Assembly (NCBI GenBank): GCA_964348135.1
Contig: CAYGBL010000010.1
Location: 5,656-69,655, forward strand
Length of the DNA: 64,000 nt
From: an uncultured Actinomycetota bacterium
GTDB lineage: Bacteria > Actinomycetota > Aquicultoria > JACQXZ01 > CAYGBL01
Direction: 5' to 3'
Below, one piece after another: positions 26,104-35,734 of the stretch. The notes beneath the pieces were generated by a model. The model did no database searches. It was not told where the DNA came from and was given only the letters and a program-made list of their open reading frames with translations. The stretch's first letter is position 1. Each line of letters starts with the position of its first letter. The position numbers and the translations under genes are program-made.

Positions 26104-26781
26104 ATGCGGTTAAAACTTAAATATTTGGGAGTCTTATTTTTAATGGTTCTTCTGCTTATTGCGCTTGGCTGTCAGCAGAAACAAGCGAAACAAGAACCAA
26201 AACCTGAAACGGAGACAGAAGAAGAGCTTGCTCAACCCACCAGAAAAAACCCGTTAGTCGTTGATACCGACAACAATGAAGTCCTTATCTATACTGAAGT
26301 AAACGGCAAATATTTCTCAGAGTGGACAAGACACGGGGTAGTTTCTAAGGACGGCTCAAATGGTGATAAATCTGTCTTAAGAGCTTGGGCAAATGCTTTA
26401 AAGCTACATGATGCCTTGATTTCTATAGAAGCAAAGCCAGGCGACAATGTCAAACTTGATTCACCAATAGGAACTATTGTAGAAGGCGATACCCTGGAGG
26501 TTAAGGTCAGCTGGGACGGTAAAACCTATGATTTTGAAGACATCATCAAGTCTGAACCAGATAGAGGAATGGAAGTACGGTTTGGAGGCAACTACCAGAC
26601 CCAGAGCGAGAAAAAAACCGGCTGCCTGCTCTGTTTGGATAGCTGTGCCGCTGGAATTACCAGTAATGCAAAATGGGAATGGGGTGCCACACACACAGAG
26701 AATAAAGTAAAATTCTATGGACGTGAAGATATCTTGCCACCTGATGGCAGCCCAGTTATAGTGAGCTTCTCACTAAAATAA
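26104..26781 (+). CDS. secreted lipoprotein, YdjY-like, with a CLLCLDSC motif
   Basis: Signal peptide with lipobox IALGC. AAGGAGG lies upstream of ATG 26104. It is followed by a TVP38/DedA gene, as in the E. coli ydjXYZ arrangement (from memory). Confidence 0.6.
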   Translation: MRLKLKYLGVLFLMVLLLIALGCQQKQAKQEPKPETETEEELAQPTRKNPLVVDTDNNEVLIYTEVNGKYFSEWTRHGVVSKDGSNGDKSVLRAWANALKLHDALISIEAKPGDNVKLDSPIGTIVEGDTLEVKVSWDGKTYDFEDIIKSEPDRGMEVRFGGNYQTQSEKKTGCLLCLDSCAAGITSNAKWEWGATHTENKVKFYGREDILPPDGSPVIVSFSLK

Positions 26782-26804
26782 TACTGGAGGATTAATAATT
26801 ACTA

Positions 26805-27512
26805 ATGCCTGATAAAGATAAGAAAAAATTTTTGATAGGAGGAGCACTGCTCCTCTCTATCCTTCTATATTTATTTGTGCCGGGTTTCCAGACGTTTATA
26901 AAGCAAGCTTTCGGGCTGCTTAGCCGCGGAGATGTAAAAGCCCTAAAAACCTACCTTCTTTCATTTGGCTTGTGGGCTCCCATTATCTCAGGTGCATTGA
27001 TGGTTTTACAATCTATCATTGCCCCTCTGCCGGCATTCGTAATCACCTTCACTAACGGGTTGCTCTTTGGAGTATGGTGGGGAACCCTGCTTTCCTGGAG
27101 CAGCGCCATGGTAGGAGCAGCTATCTGTTTCTTTATTGCGCAAACATTCGGCCGGCCCGCAACGGAAAAACTTGTGAGCAGAAGAAGTCTGGAAATAGCA
27201 GATGGATTCTTTGCCCGTTACGGTAAACATGCAGTTCTAATTGCCCGGCTTATTCCAATAATTTCCTTCGATGTGGTAAGCTATGGAGCGGGTTTAACTT
27301 CTATTGGCTTTTGGCCCTTCTGGCTCGCTACCGGTATTGGGCAACTTCCAGCAACCATCGTATATTCCTATCTGGGCCAGAGTCTTACCGGAACGGTAAA
27401 AATACTGTTTTGGGTTTTCGTTGTCGTCATTACTCTTTTGGTTTTAAGCTCCGCATTGAAGTTAAACCTTAATCGAGGGAAAACAGATGAAAGGAAACAA
27501 GTCTTTTCTTAA
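26805..27512 (+). CDS. TVP38/TMEM64 (DedA superfamily, VTT domain) membrane protein
   Basis: Membrane protein with the PLPAFVITFTNGLLFG and RLIPIISFDVVSYGAGLT motifs. Confidence 0.85.
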   Translation: MPDKDKKKFLIGGALLLSILLYLFVPGFQTFIKQAFGLLSRGDVKALKTYLLSFGLWAPIISGALMVLQSIIAPLPAFVITFTNGLLFGVWWGTLLSWSSAMVGAAICFFIAQTFGRPATEKLVSRRSLEIADGFFARYGKHAVLIARLIPIISFDVVSYGAGLTSIGFWPFWLATGIGQLPATIVYSYLGQSLTGTVKILFWVFVVVITLLVLSSALKLNLNRGKTDERKQVFS

Positions 27513-28419
27513 GTTTGCAAAAATAATAATTTCTATTCTTCTTATCTCTATCATCCTATACCAAACAGATTTCTCAGAGGGCCGGGACCTAATTTTGCAA
27601 GCCAGGATTTTCTATGTAGGTATGGCATTCGTCATTGCAGTTTTCGCCATCTTCCTGAGTGCGTATAAATGGCAATTGGTACTCGTATCTCAAGGTTTGG
27701 TTGTTCCTTTCTTCAAACTTGTCTCCTTTTACTTCGTAGGCTTGTTTTTCAACAATTTTCTTCCCACTAGCATAGGTGGAGACGTTGTACGAGCGTACGA
27801 TCTATCAAGAACTATTAAGAGCTCCTCTTACTCCATCGCCTCTATACTCGCAGAAAGAATTCTCGCAAGTGTTGCCCTCGGTTTCACAGCAGCTTTTGCA
27901 TTATTGCTGGGATATCAGCTAGCGAAACCATATTTCTCATGGATAATTATGTTCTTGGCACTTTCACTGCTTATATTTATCTTTGTTGCTTATCTTCATC
28001 GTTGGGAGAGATCTATAAACAGGATGAGATGGAAAAGCCTAAGAACATATCTTTTAGAAATTAGCAATGGCATGAGATTGCCACTCAAAAATAAATCTAC
28101 TCTTTTCTGGATTCTGTTTCTATCTTTTTTATTTCAGACCTCAGTGGTATTGATTAATCTTGTCATATTCCACGCTTTCAATCTTAAGGTCTCAGCAGTC
28201 TATTGCTTCATTTTTATCCCTATCATTTCAGCTCTCTCAATGCTTCCCGTATCCGTTAACGGTTTGGGATTAAGGGAGGGAGCTTACATCTATTTCTTTG
28301 GCAGACTTGGTTTGTCCGCAACGCAAGCAGTAAGTGCCTCACTTGCTTTCTTCTTCATAGTTACCCTAACAAGCCTACTAGGAGGTGCCATTCTTTTAGT
28401 AAGGAGAGCTAATCAATGA
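27487..28419 (+). CDS. flippase-like domain (UPF0104 / LPG-synthase TM type) membrane protein
   Basis: Polytopic protein with NNFLPTSIGGDVVRAYDL, characteristic of this family. Confidence 0.8.
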   Translation: MKGNKSFLKFAKIIISILLISIILYQTDFSEGRDLILQARIFYVGMAFVIAVFAIFLSAYKWQLVLVSQGLVVPFFKLVSFYFVGLFFNNFLPTSIGGDVVRAYDLSRTIKSSSYSIASILAERILASVALGFTAAFALLLGYQLAKPYFSWIIMFLALSLLIFIFVAYLHRWERSINRMRWKSLRTYLLEISNGMRLPLKNKSTLFWILFLSFLFQTSVVLINLVIFHAFNLKVSAVYCFIFIPIISALSMLPVSVNGLGLREGAYIYFFGRLGLSATQAVSASLAFFFIVTLTSLLGGAILLVRRANQ

Positions 28420-28853
28420 GAAAAATATTGGATTCCAAAGAGGCCGGCCAAAAGACTATCCACTACTTTTCCAGAGGTTATAATTGTGCCCAATCCATAC
28501 TAAGAGCGTGCAGCGAAACAAAAGGAATTATTCTTGAAAAGAGTGTGCTTAAAGCTGCCAGCACTCTAGCAGGAGGAATAGGCTATTGCGGCTGTGTCTG
28601 TGGCGCACTACTAGGAAGCCTGCTCTTTATTGGAGTTCTATACGGAGATGGAAAAACTCCGGGAAGGAACAAAAAAGCTCTTACATATGCAAGGGAGTTC
28701 TACCAGCGCTTTGAAGAAAGATTCTCCGCATCTTGCTGCGTTATTCTACGTGAAGGTATTTCTTTCGGAGATAAAAGGCTGCATAACCACTGTTCAGCTA
28801 TCTCAGCTCAAACAGCAGAAATGCTTATTGATTTTATTAATGAAACGGGATAG
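28416..28853 (+). CDS. C_GCAxxG_C_C family protein
   Basis: GYNCAQSILRA and GYCGCVCGALLGS motifs. The start overlaps the upstream stop (ATGA). Confidence 0.85.
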   Translation: MRKILDSKEAGQKTIHYFSRGYNCAQSILRACSETKGIILEKSVLKAASTLAGGIGYCGCVCGALLGSLLFIGVLYGDGKTPGRNKKALTYAREFYQRFEERFSASCCVILREGISFGDKRLHNHCSAISAQTAEMLIDFINETG

Positions 28854-28859
28854 AAATCA

Positions 28860-29312
28860 ATGAAGAACCTGCAAGCTTCAATGCTTCAAGCCAATTTCAT
28901 TTTCGCACACATCTTCTGGGGCAGTTTGATCGGCTTCGAGATAGCCTGGGCATCCATGAAAATAAATTGGATTGACATGCGGTTTAATACAGGGCTGTTT
29001 TTCCTTTTGGGAATGGCCGTTGGGCTTGTTCTTGCTTTGTCTAAAGGCAAGCTCAAATCGCGATTATCAGTACATCCATTTATTATATTCGTTCCTGTCT
29101 TCGTTCTATCTGGTTACGTTTTAGTTAGCATGGCTGGAAATCCTCACGCTGCTATAATCGTTGGGCCTATTTTGATAAGAGAAGGGCTGAACCTCAGGGA
29201 GATTCAGTTGGACTTTATACAAAAAATTGTATTATGGTATCTTGTTTTTGGCTTTTTAAGCTCAATTGCATTTCTTTACGGAAAGAGCTCTAACTCCACT
29301 TATGAAAAGTGA
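28860..29312 (+). CDS. small integral membrane protein, function unknown
   Basis: A 150-aa ORF with about 4 hydrophobic segments, in operon register. Confidence 0.6.
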   Translation: MKNLQASMLQANFIFAHIFWGSLIGFEIAWASMKINWIDMRFNTGLFFLLGMAVGLVLALSKGKLKSRLSVHPFIIFVPVFVLSGYVLVSMAGNPHAAIIVGPILIREGLNLREIQLDFIQKIVLWYLVFGFLSSIAFLYGKSSNSTYEK

Positions 29313-29479
29313 GCCCGCCCTTTAAAGCGTGAAATTTGACATATTATATACAGTTAGCCTAATTTCATTTTTCATAAGCAGTTATTTAATCTTTGCCGCT
29401 TAGATATCTGTACAATATATTATTAATATTTTAAGTGTCTTTGTCTGATACAAAATAGTAACATTAATTCAAAATCGAA

Positions 29480-30151
29480 ATGATATCCATAATAATTCCG
29501 ACTTTCAACGAAGAGAAAATACTTCCGGCTACTCTTGAACATCTTAGCAGCTTTGAGGATTGCGAGGTAATCGTAGCTGATGGAGATAGCAGCGATGGCA
29601 CAGCGAGTATTGCAAAAAAATTTGCTATTCTAGCTTCATCATCTCCAGGAAGAGGAAAACAACTGAACAAAGGTGCGAGTCTTGCCAGGGGTGAAATCCT
29701 GCTCTTTTTGCACGCTGATACTTTTCTTCCCGCAAAGGCACTAACAGCAATTAAAGAATACCTTAAGAGCCCTAAAGTAATAGGTGGAAGATTTCTCATT
29801 CAAATCGATAGCAATCGTATAATATACCGCATAATTGAAACTGGCATAAATATGCGTGACTGGATAACCAAAGGATTTACAGGTGATCAAGCTATGTTTA
29901 TAAAAAGGCATGCCTTTGAGATGTTGGGAGGATTTAAAGAATTTCCTTTTATGGAAGATCTGGATATGGCTCAAAGGATGCGTAAACTGGGTAAAATAGT
30001 CAGAATCCCTTTAGCGGTACGGACTTCAGTACGTCGCTGGGAAAATAACGGCGTACTTAAGACTATCCTGCTTATGTGGATAATTAGGGTGCTGTATTTA
30101 CTTGGTGTCTCTCCTTATACCCTTAAGAGGTTATATAATGACACAAGATAG
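29480..30151 (+). CDS. family 2 glycosyltransferase resembling the TIGR04283 (arsenosugar / rSAM-selenodomain-associated) type
   Basis: IIIPTFNEE...VIVADGDSSDGT...GRGKQLNKGA...LLFLHADTFLP...GDQAMFIKR..FMEDLDMAQRMRK...RTSVRRWE. The family assignment is from memory of the model. Confidence 0.7.
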   Translation: MISIIIPTFNEEKILPATLEHLSSFEDCEVIVADGDSSDGTASIAKKFAILASSSPGRGKQLNKGASLARGEILLFLHADTFLPAKALTAIKEYLKSPKVIGGRFLIQIDSNRIIYRIIETGINMRDWITKGFTGDQAMFIKRHAFEMLGGFKEFPFMEDLDMAQRMRKLGKIVRIPLAVRTSVRRWENNGVLKTILLMWIIRVLYLLGVSPYTLKRLYNDTR

Positions 30152-32255
30152 TTTAAAGAAAGAAATTAAGAAAATCTACGGAAGTGCGTTAGAGGCAGAA
30201 CGTGATCTCTGTTCCACGGAACAGGAAAAACTCCCCGATGATAGTTGTTGTATGTGTGATCCAGGACAATACAGCATGGTCCTCGACCGTTTGCCCGCTT
30301 CTTGCCGGAATTTTTCCTTAGGTTGTGGGAATCCGCTATCCTATCACAATCTGCAATCTGACGATATTGTGGTAGACATTGGATCAGGAGCAGGGTTAGA
30401 TGTAATGCTTGCAGCGCTTAAAGTTCCTCGAGGCAAGGCTGTAGGCATAGATTTTACTATGGAGGTGGTTAAAAGGGGCCGCGAAAACGCAGCCCTGGCA
30501 AATATTCTTAACGCCGAGTTCCTGCTTGCGGAAATAGAAAATCTTCCCTTATTTGACGACTTCGCATCTCTGGTTATTAGTAATTGCGTAGTTAATCTTC
30601 TTCCTGATAAAGAAAGAGCTTTTCAGGAGATTGCAAGAATTCTCAAGCCAGGAGGTTTCTTGCTTATTTCGGATATCGTGAGCAAAGAACCTATCCCCGA
30701 AAAACTCCGCAATGATCCCAAACTTTGGTCTTCTTGCATATCAGGAGCCATACCTGAATATGAATACCTTTCCTTAATTAGAAAATCTGGGATAGGAGGA
30801 TTGGCAATTTTCGAAAGAACTCATATAGACGTATCGGGGCTTAAGCTCTTTAGTATAACTGTTAAGGGTCTTAAACATCAGCATAACTCTGCTCTCAAGC
30901 TTAAAAATCTCAAATATTTTGATACCGCCAGCGTATTCCTAATTCCCGAAGAACCATTCTGGTTTAAAACATCGGCAAGAGCAGCCAACCTGTTAAGAAT
31001 GAGTTCCCCTGCAGAAGGGGAATCTGTATATAAAAGTTTAAATGACCAGGATTTTGAAGCCGAGCTGCAAGTCAGAGAAATAGCTGCAAATGACTCATCC
31101 AAATCCACTTATTATTCGGGCAGGGGTAAATTTATAAAACCAGAAACACTTTCCGAGCTCTGGTTACACATCACTCAACAATGCAACTTGCAGTGCATTC
31201 ATTGTTTAATATCCTCGACCCTGAAAAAAGAGGATATCTTAAGTGTTAAGGAACTGGTTAACTTGATTGAAGAAGCGCAAGCTTTAGGAGTTAAACGTTT
31301 CTATCTAACTGGTGGTGAACCTTTCCTTAGGAAAGACATCATCGATATAATCGAGCTAATAACACAAAAAACCAACTTGGTAATCCTTACAAATGGAACA
31401 CTCATTAAACCTTACCTTTCCCGTCTTTCGCAAAACCAGCGGTTGCTGCTGCAAGTTAGCCTGGAAAGCCATCTCCCTGAAATCCATGAAACCATAAGGG
31501 GAAAAGGTAGTTTCGAACCAGCCCTTGAAGGTATTAAGAGTCTTGTTTCCTACGGCCTTAATCCTGTCATTGCAACCACTCTGACCAGAATAAATGCTCC
31601 CTATATGGCCAAGACAGCACATTATCTTTCCCAGCTGGGAGTGAAGCATCTTCACATTCTCTTTCTTCATCCTAGAGGAAGAGCAGCGCTTACTAACAAA
31701 CTTACAATCTCCGCAATTGAGGCAAGCAAGACAATGAGGAATCTGAAAGAGGTTGCCTCCAAATTGAACATCAGTATTGACAATTTTAAGGCTTTACAAG
31801 CACGCTTAACGGGAAAAAGAGCGTTAAAATACGATCTTTGCATTGCCGGATATGAAATCCTGGCTATAGGAAATAACGGCCAGATATACCCCTGCCCTGC
31901 CTTAGTGGGAAGTGAAGAATTTTCATGCGGTTCTCTAAGAAATAAAAGCTTAAGAGACATCTGGCTCAATAGTGCCGCAACCAAAAGAATAAGAGCAGAA
32001 AGTTTGTCTAAAAATGATAAATGCCGAACTTGCGATATGAGGTTTTTTTGCGGTGCCGGCTGTATTTCTTTTAAATATTTCTCAACCGGAAGACTCGACG
32101 GGCTTGACCCTTACTGCAAAGTCTATTATTCAATGTTACAAACAGAGCTTAAGGATCTCTCCTCCACCTTGGAATGTAATTCTTCTAATTTCCAGACTTC
32201 AATGCGCACATCATTTGATCAAAAGAACACGGTCAAAGGTTTCCACTGTGCCTGA
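30138..32255 (+). CDS. fusion protein: ArsM-like SAM-dependent methyltransferase + radical SAM / SPASM domain
   Basis: N-terminal half: IKKIYGSAL, CC pair, GCGNPLSY, VVDIGSGAGLDV, ISNCVVNLLPDK, LKPGGFLLISDIV, SSCISGA, which follow the ArsM pattern. C-terminal half: ITQQCNLQCIHC (Cx3Cx2C), and SPASM motifs YPCPALVGSEEFSCGSL and KCRTCDMRFFCGAGC. ATG 30138 follows AAGAGG and overlaps the GT2 end. Confidence 0.8.
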   Translation: MTQDSLKKEIKKIYGSALEAERDLCSTEQEKLPDDSCCMCDPGQYSMVLDRLPASCRNFSLGCGNPLSYHNLQSDDIVVDIGSGAGLDVMLAALKVPRGKAVGIDFTMEVVKRGRENAALANILNAEFLLAEIENLPLFDDFASLVISNCVVNLLPDKERAFQEIARILKPGGFLLISDIVSKEPIPEKLRNDPKLWSSCISGAIPEYEYLSLIRKSGIGGLAIFERTHIDVSGLKLFSITVKGLKHQHNSALKLKNLKYFDTASVFLIPEEPFWFKTSARAANLLRMSSPAEGESVYKSLNDQDFEAELQVREIAANDSSKSTYYSGRGKFIKPETLSELWLHITQQCNLQCIHCLISSTLKKEDILSVKELVNLIEEAQALGVKRFYLTGGEPFLRKDIIDIIELITQKTNLVILTNGTLIKPYLSRLSQNQRLLLQVSLESHLPEIHETIRGKGSFEPALEGIKSLVSYGLNPVIATTLTRINAPYMAKTAHYLSQLGVKHLHILFLHPRGRAALTNKLTISAIEASKTMRNLKEVASKLNISIDNFKALQARLTGKRALKYDLCIAGYEILAIGNNGQIYPCPALVGSEEFSCGSLRNKSLRDIWLNSAATKRIRAESLSKNDKCRTCDMRFFCGAGCISFKYFSTGRLDGLDPYCKVYYSMLQTELKDLSSTLECNSSNFQTSMRTSFDQKNTVKGFHCA

Positions 32256-32455
32256 GTTCTAACTGCAAGCCGTAGTTCTGCGGCTAAATAAAGAGGCTAA
32301 ATTACCATTTTTATCCTTTAGGCAGGATTTTTGCTTTAAATGTGGAATTGATTAAAAAAGGAGGAGAGCTATCAAGAAATAATTTATGGTTCTAGGTGAA
32401 CCAAAGTGTGGTAGTGAATATCTCCTCCTTCTTTTCTGTCCCAAAGCGCTGGTAT

Positions 32456-32947
32456 TTAAATATCCAAGCTGTTAGCCCTTGCTACTGATACATCCAGTTT
32501 AAAAGAAGCGGGTGTCCCGTTGGGTTTTGTTAACTTCAAGCCCTTTGATTCAAATGTAAAATCAACGCTTTGATGGCCTGCTTCAACAGGTGTCACGTTT
32601 AAAGTAATGTTCAAAGATCTACCCGGGGGCAATCCCTTAAAAGCCCAAACTCCTTCATCCTCACCTTTGTCCAAAGGTTTGGGTTTTATAGAATTAACAA
32701 TCCAATTCTTTAGCTTTTTACTGCGAAGCGTTATCCCAGGAATATTTTGTTTGTCCTGATTAGTTATAGAAATACGTATCTCCGAGGAAGTTGCAATTTC
32801 CTGCACTTCCGGAGTATCTGCCCATACTGCTACGCTAATTTCTTCTTTGCCTGTAGGAACTGTATATCCACATCCGAAGAGAACTAGTGCTACCAGAATA
32901 ATAGTCAAAGTAATATTAATAAATTTTATATTTGAAATCTCTCTCAC
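32456..32947 (-). CDS. lipoprotein, beta-sandwich-like, function unknown
   Basis: Signal peptide with lipobox LFGC. There are no recognisable catalytic motifs. Confidence 0.6.
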   Translation of the reverse strand: MREISNIKFINITLTIILVALVLFGCGYTVPTGKEEISVAVWADTPEVQEIATSSEIRISITNQDKQNIPGITLRSKKLKNWIVNSIKPKPLDKGEDEGVWAFKGLPPGRSLNITLNVTPVEAGHQSVDFTFESKGLKLTKPNGTPASFKLDVSVARANSLDI

Positions 32948-33280
32948 TCTTCTATATTAATCTATACTGCCGCTTTTTGCATCTCAATCTTTGAAGACAC
33001 ACTATTGGCTTTAACACACCAGATTGAAAGTCAGATCGAAGTTACATTATTTTTAAATACAATAGCGCGTTCCCCTCCGCTTTTTCAAAATGGTAATCTT
33101 TCGTGCCTATCATTACTATCACTGATTTATAATTTCCAGCCTCCCGTTTCAACCACTACTGTAATTTATCATTTAGCCACAAAATATATAAACAAATCAA
33201 AATTCTAACTCCTTAAAGGGAAATACTGAAGAATAGCAGAAAAAATAAATGGTTTTAAGGATAACTATAATTTTTTACCT

Positions 33281-35533
33281 ATGAAGGTTTTCAACAAAGT
33301 CCAAAATAGATTATTTATACTGTTCCTCTTTGTAGCTGCTATACCTATGACTATCCTCGCGAGCACTCTGCTTATATACAATACAACTTATCTGAAGAAC
33401 TATTCACTCAACAATAAAAAAATGACAGCACAAACTGCCACAGCCCTTGCCCAGCAGTTTCTCAACCACGCTAAGGAAGATATTGAAAGCGTCGCAAAAT
33501 CCCCCATTGTAATGGCAAATATGGAAAAGGGAAATATAAGCTTCCTGGCAGACTTCATCGAGAATTTCCAAAAATCTCATAAATTCTTCGTTAGTATTGC
33601 GATGATGGATAGTGAAGGTTATGTTCAGGCTATCTATCCTGAGAATTCTGCAATCATTGGAAACAATCTGGCCTACCAGAAATATTTCATCGAAGTAATG
33701 AAAACTGAAGAGACCTACCTTTCAAACCTTGTTAACTCAGAGCCGAAAGAAGACTTTGAAACGGTTGTCGTAGCTGTACCGGTAAGAGACAAATTGGGAA
33801 ATATCTTGGGTCTGGCACTCGGCCATATTGACCTTAGTAAGCTTACGAATATTCTAAGAGAAGCTAGTACCAGTGCCTCGGCTAAGACTATTCTTATAGA
33901 TAGAAAGGGCGAGATAGTATCCCATCCTGATGCAAAAATGATAACCAAAAATGCGAAGGAAAAAGATAACTGGGCCGTCAAGGTTTTAGCCGGGACAAAG
34001 GGTGTTAGTGAGGAGGTAAATGCTGAAGGTGAAAAAATCCTTTATGTTTATTTACCTATTACCGGCACAGGCTGGGGGCTGGCTATTGAAGAGCCCTTAA
34101 ATGATGCACTTGGTATCTTCTCCCAGACAAAATGGTTAATTGTAATGATAGGAATACTGTCAGGTTTGGTTGTTTTTCTCCTTAGCCTTTTAGGAGGCAG
34201 ACGTTTCTCGGCACCCATTTCCCAACTCTATAAAGGAGCCGAGCTCATCGCTCAGGGTAACTGGAATCTGAACCTGGAGATAAGAACGGGAGATGAAATT
34301 GAACAGCTAGCCAATCAATTTAATAGAATGGCAGCAGGGCTAAAGGAATCCTATAGCAATCTAGAAAAAAAGATAAGAGACCGAACAAAGGAATTGGAAC
34401 TTGTCAACCAACAGCTCTCGCAGGCAAAAACAAAACTTGAAGCGGTATTCCGGCAAATGGCTGATGGTCTCCTGGTAATAGATGACGGCGGCCGAATAAT
34501 CGAATTCAATCCAGCTATGGAACAACTATCTGGCTGGAAAGCTTATGAAATAAAAGGGAGATATTGCTATGAGGTTCTGCAAATTGAAGATCAAAATGGA
34601 AACAAGCTCTGTCAAAATAAATGTCCTCTTATAGAAATACTCGAAACAAACCAACTTGTTACCAAAACCGATGTTACCGTTCTTAATAAAGATGGAATAA
34701 GGATAGACATTTCCTATAATGGAGTACCCCTTCTGGACTCTTGCGGAGAGTTGAGCGGGGCAGTTATAACCTTTCAAGATATGAGAGAAAGCAAGGAATT
34801 GGAGAAATTAAGAGAACAGTTTGTTACCATGGTCACTCACGAACTTCGTGCACCCATAACTAATATAAAGGGCTGGCTCTCAATGCTTATGGAAGAGTGT
34901 AACAAAACAATCAGCGAGAAGGAGTGGGAAATTTTAAAAGAGATTAAACAAAATAACGAATACCTTCTTAATCTGGTAAACGAGATGCTTGATGTTTCAA
35001 AAATTGAACAAGATAGTTTCATCGTTAACATTAAAACATGCAATCTAGGTAGGACACTAAGAAGAGTTGCCAGTGAGATGAAGGTTCTAGCCAGAGAAAA
35101 GGGTCTATCCCTTGAGTTTCTAGAGAAAGAGCTTCCTCCTGTTCTTGCAGATGAAGAAAGAGTTGTTCAGGTATTATACAATCTTATCGGAAATGCTATT
35201 AAATTTACTAATCATGGCAAAATAGAAATATGGTGCGAGGAAGACAAAAATAGTCTCATCACGCATATTTCCGATACAGGGCAGGGAATTCCTCCTGCAA
35301 ATATCCCACGTATATTCGATAAGTTCTTTACTATGCAAAATCAGCAGTTGCACAAAACTAAAGGCACAGGACTTGGCCTCTATATCTCCAGGCTTGTTGT
35401 AGAAAGGATGTCAGGTGAGATTTGGGTAAAAAGCCTGGAAAGAAAAGGGAGTACCTTTAGCTTTAGTTTACCCCTTATCCCCAGTTTTCAAAAAGAAAGA
35501 CCTTCTTCAGTAAAAACTACAACACAATCCTGA
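33281..35533 (+). CDS. sensor histidine kinase (Cache-like periplasmic domain, HAMP, PAS, HisKA, HATPase)
   Basis: Two TMs flank a ~270-aa extracytoplasmic domain. The H-box is VTHELRAPIT, with N/G boxes NLIGNAIKFT and GTGLGLYIS. Confidence 0.9.
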   Translation: MKVFNKVQNRLFILFLFVAAIPMTILASTLLIYNTTYLKNYSLNNKKMTAQTATALAQQFLNHAKEDIESVAKSPIVMANMEKGNISFLADFIENFQKSHKFFVSIAMMDSEGYVQAIYPENSAIIGNNLAYQKYFIEVMKTEETYLSNLVNSEPKEDFETVVVAVPVRDKLGNILGLALGHIDLSKLTNILREASTSASAKTILIDRKGEIVSHPDAKMITKNAKEKDNWAVKVLAGTKGVSEEVNAEGEKILYVYLPITGTGWGLAIEEPLNDALGIFSQTKWLIVMIGILSGLVVFLLSLLGGRRFSAPISQLYKGAELIAQGNWNLNLEIRTGDEIEQLANQFNRMAAGLKESYSNLEKKIRDRTKELELVNQQLSQAKTKLEAVFRQMADGLLVIDDGGRIIEFNPAMEQLSGWKAYEIKGRYCYEVLQIEDQNGNKLCQNKCPLIEILETNQLVTKTDVTVLNKDGIRIDISYNGVPLLDSCGELSGAVITFQDMRESKELEKLREQFVTMVTHELRAPITNIKGWLSMLMEECNKTISEKEWEILKEIKQNNEYLLNLVNEMLDVSKIEQDSFIVNIKTCNLGRTLRRVASEMKVLAREKGLSLEFLEKELPPVLADEERVVQVLYNLIGNAIKFTNHGKIEIWCEEDKNSLITHISDTGQGIPPANIPRIFDKFFTMQNQQLHKTKGTGLGLYISRLVVERMSGEIWVKSLERKGSTFSFSLPLIPSFQKERPSSVKTTTQS

Positions 35534-35602
35534 GTTACTGAAATCATATGAAAATATTGTAATAACTAAATTTTTGCTATAGAATTAAGTAAAATTAATA
35601 AT

Positions 35603-35718
35603 TCACGGGAGCTGCTTTGTAGCAGCTGAGAGTCCTACCAGAGTAGGAGACCGTTTGAACCTGAGTCGTAAGACCCCTACTAATAGTGGGGCTGGGTAAT
35701 GCCAGCGAAGGAAACGAA
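35603..35718 (+). promoter_or_regulatory. TPP (THI-box) riboswitch
   Basis: CUGAGAG...ACCGUUUGAACCUGA...GGGUAAUGCCAGCGAAGGAA matches the conserved THI element, with an extended P3-region hairpin (GACCCCUACUAAUAGUGGGGCU). It lies upstream of thiM. Confidence 0.9.
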
Positions 35719-35734
35719 AGAAATTATTTTATCT

